Assembly: GCA_963798085.1 (NCBI GenBank)
Contig: CAWCRS010000010.1
Coordinates: 64,001-128,000 of the forward strand
Direction of reading: 5' to 3'
DNA length: 64,000 nt
Origin: an uncultured Gemmatimonadales bacterium
GTDB lineage: Bacteria > Gemmatimonadota > Gemmatimonadetes > Longimicrobiales > RSA9
Shown: positions 1 through 11,240 of the stretch, in pieces
Position numbering within the stretch: position 1 is the first letter of the stretch
How the letters are laid out: every line of letters begins with the position of its first letter
Notes under the pieces: model-generated
Databases searched by the model: none
What the model was told of the DNA's origin: nothing
The model's input: the letters and a program-made list of their open reading frames with translations, nothing else
Position numbers and translations under genes: made by a program

Positions 1-1203
1 CGCCATCCAGGCGCGCTTCGAGACGCGCTCAATGGAGGTGAGATAGGAGCGTTGCACGGCAGTGTCGCTGAACAGCAGCTCCCAGAAGCGCGCGTCGTAC
101 CAGGACGCCTGCGGATCGAGGCGTGCGTTCTGCGCCAGCGTCAGGGCAATGCGCGTCAGGCGGTCGCCGCCATCCGCATCGAAGCCGATGGGCTCGAGGC
201 GGGTGGTGATGGGATTGTAGTAGAACCGGATGTTGCGCCAGTTGGCGCCGTGCTCGCTGCCCATCAGCTCGTTGATGGCGACGAAGCGACCCAGCGCATC
301 CACATCGAAGGTCTGCGTGGCGTTGAGGCGACCGTCGCGGAAACCCTCCAGCAGGTTCACGGCCTTCAGGTACAGCGGCAGGAATGTCGAGTCCTCGAGG
401 TAGCGTCCGGTCTCGAAGGCATCGACGTCGCTCGACAGGAACGAGCCGGAGCCCGCGCGCTGCTCGACGCCCGCCATGCTGACATCGTGATGGTGCAGCA
501 GCTCGGCCCAGGAAAGGTCCTCGTTGAAGCGGACAATGGGCCCTTCCCGCCGGCGATTGCCTTCGACCAGTCGCTTCTCGAAGTGCTCCTCGATGGCGTA
601 TGTCCCCAGGTCGCGGCCGTTCACGGTCACGTCAATGAAATCGTAGCGCAGGCCGATCAGGCCCTCCCGCCGGAGCGTCTGGTGGTAGATCCACTCGTAC
701 AGGTAGTTGCGCGTCTTGGGATGCTGCAGCGAAAACTGCTTCATGCCGAACAGCGTCTGCTCGCCGCGCACCACCACGCGCAGCGACCAGCGGTCCGTGT
801 TCCAGTGATCGCTGAGATCGCCCTTGAGCCGCAGCTTCACCTTCAGGATCTGGTCGCCGTGGCGGATGGTGGCGGGCACGAAGTCGGCATCCGAGGAGAT
901 CAGCACGCCGGCGGCCAGAGCTTCCTGCCGCCGCGCCGCGATCTTCAGGTAATCCTCGTGCTTGATGTCAATGGTGATATGGTCGGGCTCGACCATGTGC
1001 GCGCGTATGGAGCGCGTCGTGTAGCGCAGCCGATCGTGGGCCCAGCGCACGCCGTTCTGCAGGAGGTGCGAGCGGTACACCAGTGCGCCCGCCACGAGCA
1101 ACAACAGCGTGTAAGCCAGAACGGAGGCCAGGCGCCGGTCAGAGAGGACGCGCTGCCCCGCGCTGCGCAGCCGCGGAATCGGATCGGGTGACTTGATCTC
1201 CAT
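1..1203 (-). CDS. CotH kinase family protein with N-terminal membrane anchor (3' end runs off the window)
   Basis: Absent from the ORF track; first ~230 codons translated by hand from ATG 1203 (TGATG overlap with DUF4956 stop): MEIKSPDP...LAYTLLLLVAGALVY...VKLRLKGDLSDHW...WSLRV...FSLQHPKTRNYLYEW...VTVNGRDLGTYAIEEHF, a CotH-type motif pattern. Confidence 0.75.
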   Translation of the reverse strand, partial: MEIKSPDPIPRLRSAGQRVLSDRRLASVLAYTLLLLVAGALVYRSHLLQNGVRWAHDRLRYTTRSIRAHMVEPDHITIDIKHEDYLKIAARRQEALAAGVLISSDADFVPATIRHGDQILKVKLRLKGDLSDHWNTDRWSLRVVVRGEQTLFGMKQFSLQHPKTRNYLYEWIYHQTLRREGLIGLRYDFIDVTVNGRDLGTYAIEEHFEKRLVEGNRRREGPIVRFNEDLSWAELLHHHDVSMAGVEQRAGSGSFLSSDVDAFETGRYLEDSTFLPLYLKAVNLLEGFRDGRLNATQTFDVDALGRFVAINELMGSEHGANWRNIRFYYNPITTRLEPIGFDADGGDRLTRIALTLAQNARLDPQASWYDARFWELLFSDTAVQRSYLTSIERVSKRAWMA

Positions 1204-1892
1204 CAGATCTGCGTCGAGCTGTCGAGGAACGAAAGGCGCATGCGTCCGTTCAGCTGCTGCAGCTCGGCGCGGCTTTCTTCCACCGCCTGATAGCGGGGGA
1301 ACTCGACCTGGAACGTGGCTTCCACCATGTCGGGTGTGCTGTCGAAGCGCGCCAGATTGAGCGATGTCGCGTGCCGCTCGAGCACCTGCACAATGCGGCT
1401 CAGGTCGCCGCCATCGGGCTGACCGCTGGCCACCGTGAGCCAGAGATTGGCGCGTCGCTCACGGCCCAGGTAATAACGCGAGATTACCAGGACCAGCGTG
1501 ATCAGCAGGATGGCCACCACCGTGATGGCGCGCTGCCCGGCGCCGCAGCCCAGACCAATGGCAATGGTGAGGAACAGGTAGGCCAGCTCTTCCGGATCCT
1601 TGATCGCCGTGCGGAAGCGCACAATGGAGAGCGCGCCCACCAGACCCAGTGACAGGGCCAGTGACGACTTCACCACGGTGATCACCAGCGTGGTGGTCAG
1701 CGCGATGAACAGGAAGTTGCGTGCGAATACCCGCCGGTTCGATACCGAGGTGCCGAAGCGGACGTAGACGGCGGCCACGATGAGCGCCAGCGTCGCCGCC
1801 AGTCCGAGATTGATCAGAAAGTCGAGGATGGCCACCTCGGCGTTCTGCGTGGTGAGCAGCGTCTGGATATTCTGGCCCTGAATCATGAGCAC
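1203..1892 (-). CDS. DUF4956 domain membrane protein
   Basis: Signature LSLGLVGALSIVRFRTAIKDPEELAYLF; several TM helices plus soluble C-terminal domain. Confidence 0.85.
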   Translation of the reverse strand: MLMIQGQNIQTLLTTQNAEVAILDFLINLGLAATLALIVAAVYVRFGTSVSNRRVFARNFLFIALTTTLVITVVKSSLALSLGLVGALSIVRFRTAIKDPEELAYLFLTIAIGLGCGAGQRAITVVAILLITLVLVISRYYLGRERRANLWLTVASGQPDGGDLSRIVQVLERHATSLNLARFDSTPDMVEATFQVEFPRYQAVEESRAELQQLNGRMRLSFLDSSTQI

Positions 1893-1904
1893 CTCGGTTC
1901 GAAT

Positions 1905-3101
1905 TCAGACATCCCGGGAAGCGCGCGCGAATCGGGCGCCGCCCGCTACGCCGGCAGCGAAACAGAGCACCGCGATGAGCGCGATGCCGAAGAGCCGCCG
2001 CCGCCCGCCCGCCACTGCGAGCAGGCGTGTCAGCGAGCCCGTCCGCTGGTTCCGGCTCGCGCTGTCCGGTGTGGTCACCCGACGGAAAGTCTCGGGCAGA
2101 AACTCGTTGGAAGTGAGCGCGGCCACGGTGCGCACATCGTAGTCCACGTGCGTGCCGCTCACACGCACCAGCAGGAACGTGGGGAATTCCGCATAGCGAT
2201 GCCCGTTCTCGCGCCGCTCGCGCAGCTCGGATGCCGTGTGCGGATACTCGAAGTTCGACTGCAAATACTCAATGCCGTCGCGCGTCGTGTGCGAGAACGT
2301 GCCGATCGGGCCGCGATCGCCAGCAAACACCGCACGTACGTTGTGTCCCACGAGCAGCGGGTGCTCCGTGCGCCACCAGGGCGCATTCGCCTTCCACCAC
2401 AGCTGATGGTGCATCAGCACGAACACATTGCGCGGAGCGGGCGCGCGCGTCACTTCCTGGCGCAGGAACTCGATCTCCGCGGGGTCATCAATACTGTCAC
2501 GAACCGCGATCGCCGAACGCCGCGGCGGCATGGGCGCATTGCCCTGCGGCACGAACACGGTGCTGAGCAGGAGGAAGCGCGTACCGCGGAAGTCGATCGA
2601 CTGCGGCAGCCGGCCGTAGCGCTCGAACCGAATGTCGCGGGTGACGGGATCGTGCAGGTCGTGATTGCCGGGAACGCGATAGATGGGCGCGCCCACAGTG
2701 GCGAGTGCGCTGTCCAGTGCGGCCCAGTCGTGCCGGATGATGGCGGGATCCGCCATCGAATCGATCTGGTTGCCGGCAATCAGATCGCCGCCCAGGAAGA
2801 TCAGGTCGGGCCGGATCTCGCGCAGCCGCGCAACCAACTCCGTGAGGCGGGGATTGAGCGCACCATCCTCGGCGCCACGCACGTGCCCGATGACCACGAA
2901 CGAGAACACACTGTCATTGCGCTGCGCGTGAAGCGGAGAGGACAGCACGGCGGCGAGAAACAGAGTGGACAAAGCCGCGGCGAACGTGCCGTGAAATGCG
3001 CGAGGACCGGCGCGGGTCCGATCGGGCGCGCGCCGCGAGCGCTGGACTCCGGATCGGCGGAGCGAGCGACCGGCGCTGCTGTCTACAGCATTGTTTGGCA
3101 A
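1905..3101 (-). CDS. Calcineurin-like metallophosphoesterase, exported, with C-terminal TM helix (start uncertain)
   Basis: Motifs LGGDLI, PGNHD, MHH, FAGD; signal-like segment LSTLFLAAVLSSPLHAQ; hydrophobic C-terminus; frame open to 3287. Confidence 0.7.
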   Translation of the reverse strand: MPNNAVDSSAGRSLRRSGVQRSRRAPDRTRAGPRAFHGTFAAALSTLFLAAVLSSPLHAQRNDSVFSFVVIGHVRGAEDGALNPRLTELVARLREIRPDLIFLGGDLIAGNQIDSMADPAIIRHDWAALDSALATVGAPIYRVPGNHDLHDPVTRDIRFERYGRLPQSIDFRGTRFLLLSTVFVPQGNAPMPPRRSAIAVRDSIDDPAEIEFLRQEVTRAPAPRNVFVLMHHQLWWKANAPWWRTEHPLLVGHNVRAVFAGDRGPIGTFSHTTRDGIEYLQSNFEYPHTASELRERRENGHRYAEFPTFLLVRVSGTHVDYDVRTVAALTSNEFLPETFRRVTTPDSASRNQRTGSLTRLLAVAGGRRRLFGIALIAVLCFAAGVAGGARFARASRDV

Positions 3102-3455
3102 ATGCAGAGCACCATCCTTCGTGGCCGACACCGGCACAACCTCTACCGGTGGATTTCTCCCGGCCTTACCCCAGCCCGCTGTTCGCGCAGCGGCGTGGCC
3201 CGGCAGCGGGCCGCAGCGCCCGTCAGGGCAAGCAGCGTGCCCTGCGCAGATCCGGAAAACCGCAGGGACATGCCGGATTCCGCGCACAACCGCGCCTGCA
3301 CTGCTCGTGACTTGTTGCCGGGGGATGCCGTCAGTGTAACGTGGTTGCCACGTACGGGGCGAGTATCCCGTTGCGAAACCGCAACACCGCCAGAGCCAAC
3401 GAGATTCGCGCGCAGGCAGTCAGGCCGCGATGGGGCGCGGCCCGGCGCATTGCGG

Positions 3456-4748
3456 TCAGTGCGCGCTTCCGGCCGCTTCCGCGACCTGCACGTTCACGCC
3501 CTGCAGCTCCAGCTCGCTCATGGGCTGCCACAGCTGGAAGATCGGGAAGCGACGCACGAACCAGCTGATGGACGCGACGAGCAATCCGCCGAACAGCAGC
3601 AGCGGTCCCAGCTCCGGCCAGCCGAGCGGCAGGTCCGCCGCGCCCATGTGGAGCGACGGATAGACCAGCATGTAGCGCTCGAACCAGAGGCCGGTGAGGA
3701 TGATGCCGCCGAACATCGTGAGGACGCGCGGCGTGCGCTTCGGTGTGGCGCCCAGCAGCCCGAAGAACGGCACCACGAAGATCAATGTGAACACCAGCTT
3801 CGCGATGATGCCGAACGGGGCGAGGAAGCGGTGGATCACGAAGCTCTGCTCGCCGGGCAGCAGACCGTACCAGATGACAATGTACTGCGAGAAGAAGAGG
3901 TAACCCCAGAAGATCACGAAACCGAACGTGAGCTTCCCCAGGTCGTGATACTGCGATATCGACACCGCATCGGGCATCCCCAGCTTGCGCGTGATCAGCA
4001 GTGTGGCAATGCCGGTCGCAGCCAGGCCACCCAGCAGGCCGGCCATGAAGTAGTACGGACCGATCAGGGTGCTGAACCAGTGCGCTTCGAGGGACATGAC
4101 GAAGTCCCACGCCACGATACTGAAGGCCGCGGCCCACACCAGTGCAATGGCGGGCGCCAGCTTTGCCAGGCGACGATGCGCCAGAGCCTCTTCCGCTTCC
4201 TGTCCTCGCCAGCCGCGTGTCATGGATTCGTAGACGGCGGCCAGCCTGCCGCTCACCTGATTGCGCACCAGCCCGATGTCCGGGCGCAGCGCCCACCACG
4301 CGAACAGCAGTGACATCTGACAGAGCACGGCCAGCAGCACCACGTTGCGCACCACGAGGAACGGCAGATTGAGATACGCCTTCGGGCTCGCGTTGGGATC
4401 GCCCAGCCAGGGGAATATGTGCGAAGCGCCGAAGAACAGCGGAATCACGCCCAGGAACGCGAAAGGCAGGAATGCCGAGAAGCTGAGCGCGATGCGGCGC
4501 AGACGGCGCGACCACGCGCCGCGCGTGATCGTCACCATCACCGCCACCATCATCGCGCCCTGCGAGATGCTCAGGAAGTAGAGCCAGTTGAACAGGTACG
4601 CGTGCCAGGCGCGGTCCGTGTCCGTGAAGAGGGCGGCCACGAAGAGGCCGAGACCGATGAGGATCAGCGCAATCGCCGTGGCGTTGGCCTTCGGCGTGGC
4701 GTCGAAGCGCGCGATGGGCGTGTCGTTCTCGTGGGCTGCGTGCGCCAT
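3456..4748 (-). CDS. actF: Alternative complex III membrane subunit ActF
   Basis: Multi-TM NrfD paralogue: WDFVMSLEAHWFST, HDLGKLTFGFVIFWGYLFFSQYIVIWYG; last gene of act operon. Confidence 0.88.
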   Translation of the reverse strand: MAHAAHENDTPIARFDATPKANATAIALILIGLGLFVAALFTDTDRAWHAYLFNWLYFLSISQGAMMVAVMVTITRGAWSRRLRRIALSFSAFLPFAFLGVIPLFFGASHIFPWLGDPNASPKAYLNLPFLVVRNVVLLAVLCQMSLLFAWWALRPDIGLVRNQVSGRLAAVYESMTRGWRGQEAEEALAHRRLAKLAPAIALVWAAAFSIVAWDFVMSLEAHWFSTLIGPYYFMAGLLGGLAATGIATLLITRKLGMPDAVSISQYHDLGKLTFGFVIFWGYLFFSQYIVIWYGLLPGEQSFVIHRFLAPFGIIAKLVFTLIFVVPFFGLLGATPKRTPRVLTMFGGIILTGLWFERYMLVYPSLHMGAADLPLGWPELGPLLLFGGLLVASISWFVRRFPIFQLWQPMSELELQGVNVQVAEAAGSAH

Positions 4749-4751
4749 GCC

Positions 4752-5351
4752 TCAGTTCCCTCCGGTCCTGCCGGTCGCGGCCGGCGCGACGCCCTGCAGT
4801 GTGCGCAGATAACTGACGATTGCCCAGCGCTCGCGGAACGTGGTGCGCGGGCCATACGGCGGCATGATGCCGCTGCGCGCCACGGTGATCATGCCGTACA
4901 GATAGCCGTCGGGTCGCTCCACGGTCAGCGGCAGCGTCAGGTTGGCCGCGACGGGCGGATACTTCAGCTCCTTGGGGTCCTTCTGCACGATGGGGCCATC
5001 GCCGTGGCCGGTCACGCCGTGGCAGGGCAGACAGTTGCGCTCGTACATCTTGCGACCGAGAGCGAGAAAGCTGGAATCCACCGTGAACGGGTTGCGCCCG
5101 TGCGGGCCCGTGGCGAAAGCACGCAGGCCGGCATCCAATGGCTCGATCGCGGGCATCACGCTGCCGGCCGGCGACTCGTAGGGCACTGCGCCCGGCGGCG
5201 CCGGCCGCGTGGCCTCGTAGGGATCGAACGAGGGCGCGCTCTGCATGTACGACAGGAACGGGATCTTGCGCAGCGCATACTCAATGCGCGTACAGCTGCT
5301 GCCCGCCACGGCGAGCAGCGCGACCGCGATCAGCCTCGCCTCACGACGCAC
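4752..5351 (-). CDS. actE: Alternative complex III monoheme cytochrome c lipoprotein ActE
   Basis: Lipobox-like AVAGSSC, CLPCH heme motif, distal MPPY; GTG start at 5351 with GGAGG upstream. Confidence 0.85.
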   Translation of the reverse strand: MRREARLIAVALLAVAGSSCTRIEYALRKIPFLSYMQSAPSFDPYEATRPAPPGAVPYESPAGSVMPAIEPLDAGLRAFATGPHGRNPFTVDSSFLALGRKMYERNCLPCHGVTGHGDGPIVQKDPKELKYPPVAANLTLPLTVERPDGYLYGMITVARSGIMPPYGPRTTFRERWAIVSYLRTLQGVAPAATGRTGGN

Positions 5352-5871
5352 CGGCCACCTCCCGGCTCTGCTCGCGGATCTCAATGGCGCCCGCATCACG
5401 CAGGATGCTGCGCACTTCCGCGGCGCGCGCCGCGGGCGGCTCGACGTAGATCCCGTAGTGGTCGGAGGAGAAGCTGGCGTCGTAGACCACCAGCGGCTTG
5501 CGATAGGGCCAGTGGTTCAGGATGAACAGGCCCAGCACGGTGGACAGCGCGCCGAACAGCACGGTCAGCTCGAACGCAATGATCACCCACGCCGGCAGCG
5601 AGATGGTGGGCTTGCCACCTGTTATCAGCGGCCAGTCCAGCGAAGTCCACGTGGGCAGCGCGAAACCGGTGGCAGTGCCGGTCAGGCCGCCCACGAGCGT
5701 GAAAACGCGAACCGAGCTGTTAGGCTGGTGCAGCGCGTGCTCGAGATTGTGATCCGGCGCCGGCGAATAGACCGTCAGCCGCTTGTGACCCGCCTCGCGC
5801 AGACTGTCGATGGCGTCCACGGTCGCGTCCGCCGCATCGAAGACGGCCAGCATGCCCCCGGGTGTGTTCAT
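5341..5871 (-). CDS. actD: Alternative complex III subunit ActD (DUF3341)
   Basis: [12 protein letters not shown]...VYSP...[10 protein letters not shown]...[13 protein letters not shown] overlaps actC stop. Confidence 0.88.
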   Translation of the reverse strand: MNTPGGMLAVFDAADATVDAIDSLREAGHKRLTVYSPAPDHNLEHALHQPNSSVRVFTLVGGLTGTATGFALPTWTSLDWPLITGGKPTISLPAWVIIAFELTVLFGALSTVLGLFILNHWPYRKPLVVYDASFSSDHYGIYVEPPAARAAEVRSILRDAGAIEIREQSREVAGAS

Positions 5872-7257
5872 TGCGCGGGCTCCTTCAGCGCGGCGGTCTT
5901 CCTGCGCCCCAGCCGCAACGGCGCGGGCAGCACTTCCTTCAGCTCCGCCACCGACACCGCCGGCAGCACCCGCAGGAACAGCAGGAACCACATGAAGAAC
6001 CAGGCGAAGCTCGCGGCCAGCACCGACATCTCGACCCATGTGGGCCGGTACGTGCGCCACTGCCATGGCTCGTATTCGTGCGACAGGCTGGTCACAATGA
6101 TCACGAAGCGCTCGAACCACATGCCAATGTTGATGAACAGCGTGATCACGAAGAGCGCGGGAATGCTGGTGCGCACCTTCTTCGACCAGAGCAGCAGGGG
6201 CACCACCATGTTGCAGAAGAGCATGATGCCGGTGGCCCACCAGTAGTTGAAGCGAATGGCGCCCGTGATGTACTGACCCTCCCAGTGCGCCGGCTCGCCG
6301 CTGTACCAGGTCAGGAATACCTCGGCGAGGTAGGCGTATCCCACGATCAGGCCCGTGAGCAGGATCATCTTGGCCATGGCATCGAAGTGCTTGGCCGTGA
6401 AGTACTGCTCGAGGCCGAAGATCTTGCGCAGCGGAATCACGATGGTGATGACCATCGCCAGACCGCTGAAGATGGCGCCGGCCACGAAGTACGGTGCGAA
6501 GATCGTGGAGTGCCAGCCGGGCACGATCGGAGACGGCGAAGTCCCAGGACACGACGGAGTGCACCGACAGCACCAGCGGTGTGGCGAACGCAGCGAGGTA
6601 GAGGTAGGCCTTGTTGAAGTGGCGCCACTCGTTGTTGGTGCCTCGCCAGCCGAAGGACAACACGCGGTAGAGCTTCTTGCGCCAGGGTACCGTGGTCGCG
6701 TCGCGGGCGGCCGCGACATCCGGGATCATGCCGATGAAGAAGAACGTGGCGCTGACGGTGAAGTATGTGCCCACCGCGAACACGTCCCAGAGCAGCGGCC
6801 CGCGGAAGTTGGGCCAGATGTAGCGCTGGTTCGGGTACGGCAGGAGGAAATAGAAGACCCAGGGGCGGCCCAGGTGGATGATGGGGAAGAGGCCCGCCGT
6901 CATCACGGCGAACACGGTCATGGCCTCGGCCACCCGGTAGATGGACTGCCTCCAGCGCGCGCGGAACAGGTAGAGGATCGCCGAGATCAGCGTGCCCGAG
7001 TGTGCAATGCCCACCCAGAACACGAAGCTGGTGATGTCGACGCCCCAGCCCTCCGGGTTCGTGAGTCCCCAGACACCGATGCCGACGACGACTTCGAGCA
7101 GGAACGCGAAGATGCCCCATGCCAGCACCGTCAGCACGCAGGCCAGCAGTATGAAGTACCCGCGGCCCGGCTTGCTCAGGAGCTTGAGCACATCGCGATT
7201 GACTTCGCCGTACTTCTCGATCCCCGGGTGTGTCTCGGAACGCAGCACAGTCGCCAT
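5868..7257 (-). CDS. actC: Alternative complex III NrfD-family quinol-binding subunit ActC (frameshift near 6529)
   Basis: [42 protein letters not shown], continuing as [20 protein letters not shown] in another frame; removing one base restores [14 protein letters not shown]. Confidence 0.88.
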
Positions 7258-7262
7258 ATCGA

Positions 7263-10200
7263 TCAGGCCTCCGAGCCCACGATCTTGCGCAGGTACGTGA
7301 CGGCCGATTGCGTGTTCAGGTCCTCGAAGACGCGATAGCCGCGGCCGGAATTGGCGGCGTGCGCGACGCGCGAGTTGCGGTCGCGAATGTTGCCGAACAC
7401 GATGGCGTCACCGGGACAGGTCTGGGCGCACGCCGGCACGATCTCGCCGTCGCTGACACCGCGGTTATCGAGGCGGGCCTGGTTCTCGGCATCGCGGATG
7501 CGCTGCACGCAGAACGTGCACTTCTCCATTACGCCCTTCTCGCGCACCGTGACATCGGGATTCAGCTGCCAGTTGAGCGGCTCCGGCCAGGAATAGGTGA
7601 ACCAGTTGAAGTAGCGCACCTTGTACGGGCAGTTGTTGGCGCAGTAGCGCGTGCCCACGCAGCGGTTGTAGACCTGCGCGTTGAGCCCGTCCGGCGTGTG
7701 ATACGAGGCGAACACCGGACACACGGGCTCGCACGGAGCGTTGCCGCACTGCTGGCACAGCATGGGCAGGAAGTGCGTGCGCAGGACGCCGTCCTCGGTC
7801 TCCATGTAGCGTTCCAGACGGATCCACTGCAGCGCGCGGCCCTTGGCCACCATCTCCGGACCCACCATGCCGATGTTGTTCTCGGCATAACACGCTGTTA
7901 CACAGGCACTGCAGCCGGTGCAGCGCTCCAGGTCGATGACCATGGCCCAGCGCGGGCGGTCCTTCGAGTATTCGCCATAGAACGTGCCGGGCGGCGGATA
8001 GCCGGCCGGCGATGCATCCATTTCCGCGGGGCGGAAGCCGCCCGCGTCCTGCAGCTCGGTGACCCGTGCATCCAGCGGGTGCACGTTCTCTTCGCCGCCC
8101 GCCGGCGCTGCGGCTGCAGGCGGGCGCTCGGCAACGCCGGCACCGGTGATGACGGCGAGTCCGCGCTTCGTGTCCTCGGCGCGCGCTTCCGTGATGGACC
8201 AGGCGCGGGCCACTTCGCGGCCGGCCTGATCCTCCTGCACGTTGGTCTTGATGGGGCGCTCGTATTCGCCCGTGGCGCGCACCGCGACGCGCGATTGCTG
8301 CCAGACCAGCGCGCCGGACACGCCCTCCACCGTGGCGTCCAGCAGGCGCACCGCGTTGACGCCGCGGCCCGTTGCGTAGGCGCCGAAGCCTTCGTGCCCC
8401 TGCCCCAGCTGGATCGCGATGATGTCCTGGCGCATGGCGGGATTGCGCCACGCGGGCGCGCGCACGCTGCCAGCGCTGGTCGTGACTTCCAGGATGTGGC
8501 CGGTGTCCACGCCCATCGTGTCGGCGACATCAGGATGGACCTCGATCCACGACGACCAGCAGAACTTGCTGATGGGATCGGCCAGCTCCTGCAGCCACGG
8601 CCGGTTGGCCATGCGCCCGTCGAAGTACTTGTAGGACGGGTAGACGAGCAGGTACGGATTGCTGTTGTCGCCGGTGTAGGAAGCGGCCGCGAAGTTGATC
8701 TGCGCGAGTCCGCCCGCAGCTCAACGGCGGAGTCGACGACGCGGCTGCAGGTGCGGTCACGAACCCGACCTGCAGCGTCGCCATCCACCATTCCTCGAAC
8801 GGCTGACCGCCACCTGCGGACGGGTACACCTCGCGCTGCCAGAGCGCGCGCAGGTAGTCGTAGAAGGTCGCCGCCTGTGTGGACAGCGTGGCGCCTGCGC
8901 GCTTCGCGGTGGCGAGCAGCACATCACCGATCTGCTTGCTGTTGAACGCGGGTGTCATCACCGGCTGCACCAGCGACAGTCACGCCCGTGCGCGGCACCA
9001 CATCGCCCCATGACTCGAGGAAGTGGTGGTCGGGCAGCAGCAGGTGCGCGTGCTCGCTGGTGTCGTCCGGATAGGGCGAGAAGCTGGCAATGAACGGCAC
9101 CTTGCCCAGCGCGGCGGCAACGTTGTCGGCAGTGGGCAGCGCGTACAGCGGATTCGGCCCGTACACGAGCAGTGCGCCCACCTGCCCCGCATTCATGCGG
9201 GCCAGCAGCGCCTTCATGTCGGCGTAGGAGCCGGTGGTGGTGCCCCATCGTTCGCGGCGATCCAGGCGCACGGTACGGCCAATGTTGCCGGCCACGCTGT
9301 TGAGCACGGCCACGCTGGCCGCGACCGCAGTGGCGGCGCCGTGCATGGAGGCGATGCCCGGACCGACAGCAAGGGACTGGCCGCCATTGGCGAACTCACG
9401 GGCCAGCGCGCGCAGCCGGTCCGACGAAATGCCGGCCGCCTGCGCATTGGCCTCGACATCGACAGTGCCCAGCAACTGCGCGGCGCCACCCGCACTCGCG
9501 CCGCCATCCACGATCAGGCGGGCCATGGCCAGCGCGACGAGGTGCTCGGTCCCGGGGCGCACGGCCAGCCACTCGTCGGCGTTCATGTCGGTGAGCGACT
9601 GGTGCGGCGATATCGAGACCAGCCGGCCGCGCGTGCCACGGTCGTAGGCGTGGCTCTGCACGAAGCCGTGCATGTAATCGACGGGCGAGAGCCAGGTCTC
9701 GAGGAAGTCGGCCCCGAACGTCAGCACCACATTCGCGTGCTGGAAGTCGTGCACCGGATACGCATCGATGCCGAAGAGCAGACGGTACGCGGTGCGCACG
9801 GGCTCGAGCGCAAACGGTTCGAAGCGCACGCGGTCCACACCCAGCGCCTTGCACCAGTCGTCGATCAGCGCGTCCAGCGAGCCGTTCATGCCTTCCGTGA
9901 GGAAGACCGCCTTGCCGCGATTCTGGGCCAGGGCCTCGGTAAGCCGCTGTTCGGCGGCGTCCCAGGTCAGCGCTTCCAGTCCGTTCGCGCCGCGCGCCAG
10001 CGCCTGCGGCACTCGGTCCGGGTTGTACAGCCCGTGCAGCGACGCCTGGCCGCGCGCGCACAGTTTGCCGTGGGAAACGGGCGAGAGCGGGTTGCCCTCC
10101 GCCTTGATGGCGCGACCTTCGCGGGTGCGAACGTCCATGCCGCACCCGGCGGGGCACTCGCGGCAGGTGGTGCGGTACCACGTCGAGATTCCCGGGACGA

Positions 10201-10330
10201 TCTGGTCATCGGGGATCACATACGGAATCAGCTTCTCGGCCGAGCCCCTGGCGCAGCCGGCGAGGCTGGCGCCGGCGCCGGTTACGCCGAGAACCTTGAG
10301 GAACTGTCGTCGCTCGAGAGCGTTGGCCAT
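7263..10330 (-). CDS. actB: Alternative complex III subunit ActB (molybdopterin-oxidoreductase-like + Fe-S domain; frameshifts near 8978 and 8718)
   Basis: Tat signal [16 protein letters not shown]...GKLCARGQ; C-terminal [41 protein letters not shown]...PACAQTCP; three consecutive ORF pieces. Confidence 0.88.
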
Positions 10331-10346
10331 GAATTCGCTCCGGCCC

Positions 10347-10874
10347 TCAGTAATGGCAGACGGCGCAATCCGTCCGTACCTGCTTCTGGCGATGGCACTG
10401 CACGCACCATCCCATCCACAGGTTCTGATTGAGGCGGATCGTGCGCATGGTTTCGACGGGGCCGTGACACTGCTGGCAGGTCAGCCCCGCGTTCAGGTGA
10501 CGCATGTGCGGAAAGTGGGCGTGATCGGGCAGCTTGTAGATGCGCACCCAGGGAATGGGCTGCTTCTGGTTCCAGTAGGCAACCAGCTGCCTGATGCCCG
10601 TGCTGTCGCGGCGGAACAACGGCTGGCCCGCGGCGATATGGCAACCGGCACACACCTGCACGGCGGGCATTCCGGCGTCCACGGAACGGTCCGCCGAGTA
10701 ATGGCAGTACTCACAGGGGATCTGGTTCAGACCCGCGTGCAAGTCGTGCGGAAAGGCGATCGGCTGCTGCGCGGGAGGGCTGCCGAACGGGGCGAGGGAT
10801 GCCGCGATGACTCCGGTGCCCGCGAGAGCTACGGCCCCGGCCAGGCCGTACGCGGCCCATCTCATATTGACCAT
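10347..10874 (-). CDS. actA: Alternative complex III pentaheme cytochrome c ActA
   Basis: N-terminal TM, QQPIAFPHDLH, five CxxCH (CEYCH, CAGCH, CQQCH, CVQCH, CAVCH), MGWC motif. Confidence 0.9.
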   Translation of the reverse strand: MVNMRWAAYGLAGAVALAGTGVIAASLAPFGSPPAQQPIAFPHDLHAGLNQIPCEYCHYSADRSVDAGMPAVQVCAGCHIAAGQPLFRRDSTGIRQLVAYWNQKQPIPWVRIYKLPDHAHFPHMRHLNAGLTCQQCHGPVETMRTIRLNQNLWMGWCVQCHRQKQVRTDCAVCHY

Positions 10875-11240
10875 CGCGTATCCGGTTGTCTTGTCGGATC
10901 CATCGTACCCGGGGACCAGCGCTGCGCGAGGCGCGCGCCCGCCCCGTCTCGCGGGCGGCAGGATATCGCGTGCCTCCGGCCCGCGCAAGGCGACGCCGGG
11001 TATAGTGCAGGACACCGCCGCGTGCCGGGGGCCGCTGCCTTCGAGATCGCCGGTCGCGGTTGTCCCGGCGTTGCCCCGGCCGCAAGTTCAGGCCGGTAAC
11101 TTCCAGCATCAGTTGTGCAGGGCAGATGCGTCCATGACAAGCGACGACGCGCGTTGCGCTGTGTGTGCACGATATGAGCATGAGTGTGCCGGCACAGGCG
11201 GCGCATTTTCCGGGATTTGCTACAGGACAGGAAGCCGCGC

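Noticed and set aside
52..1191. 379-aa plus-strand ORF and similar long shadow ORFs (e.g. 2148-4313, 39263-41023, 52022-54526)
   Set aside because: Antisense shadows of motif-bearing genes, as expected at high GC.
5341..7257. 638-aa ActC-ActD fusion in the ORF track
   Set aside because: Artefact of the frameshift near 6529; actD has its own ATG overlapping the actC stop.
11186..11210. Sigma54 promoter (CGGCAC-N5-GCGC)
   Set aside because: The -12 element lacks TTGC; likely a chance match in GC-rich DNA.
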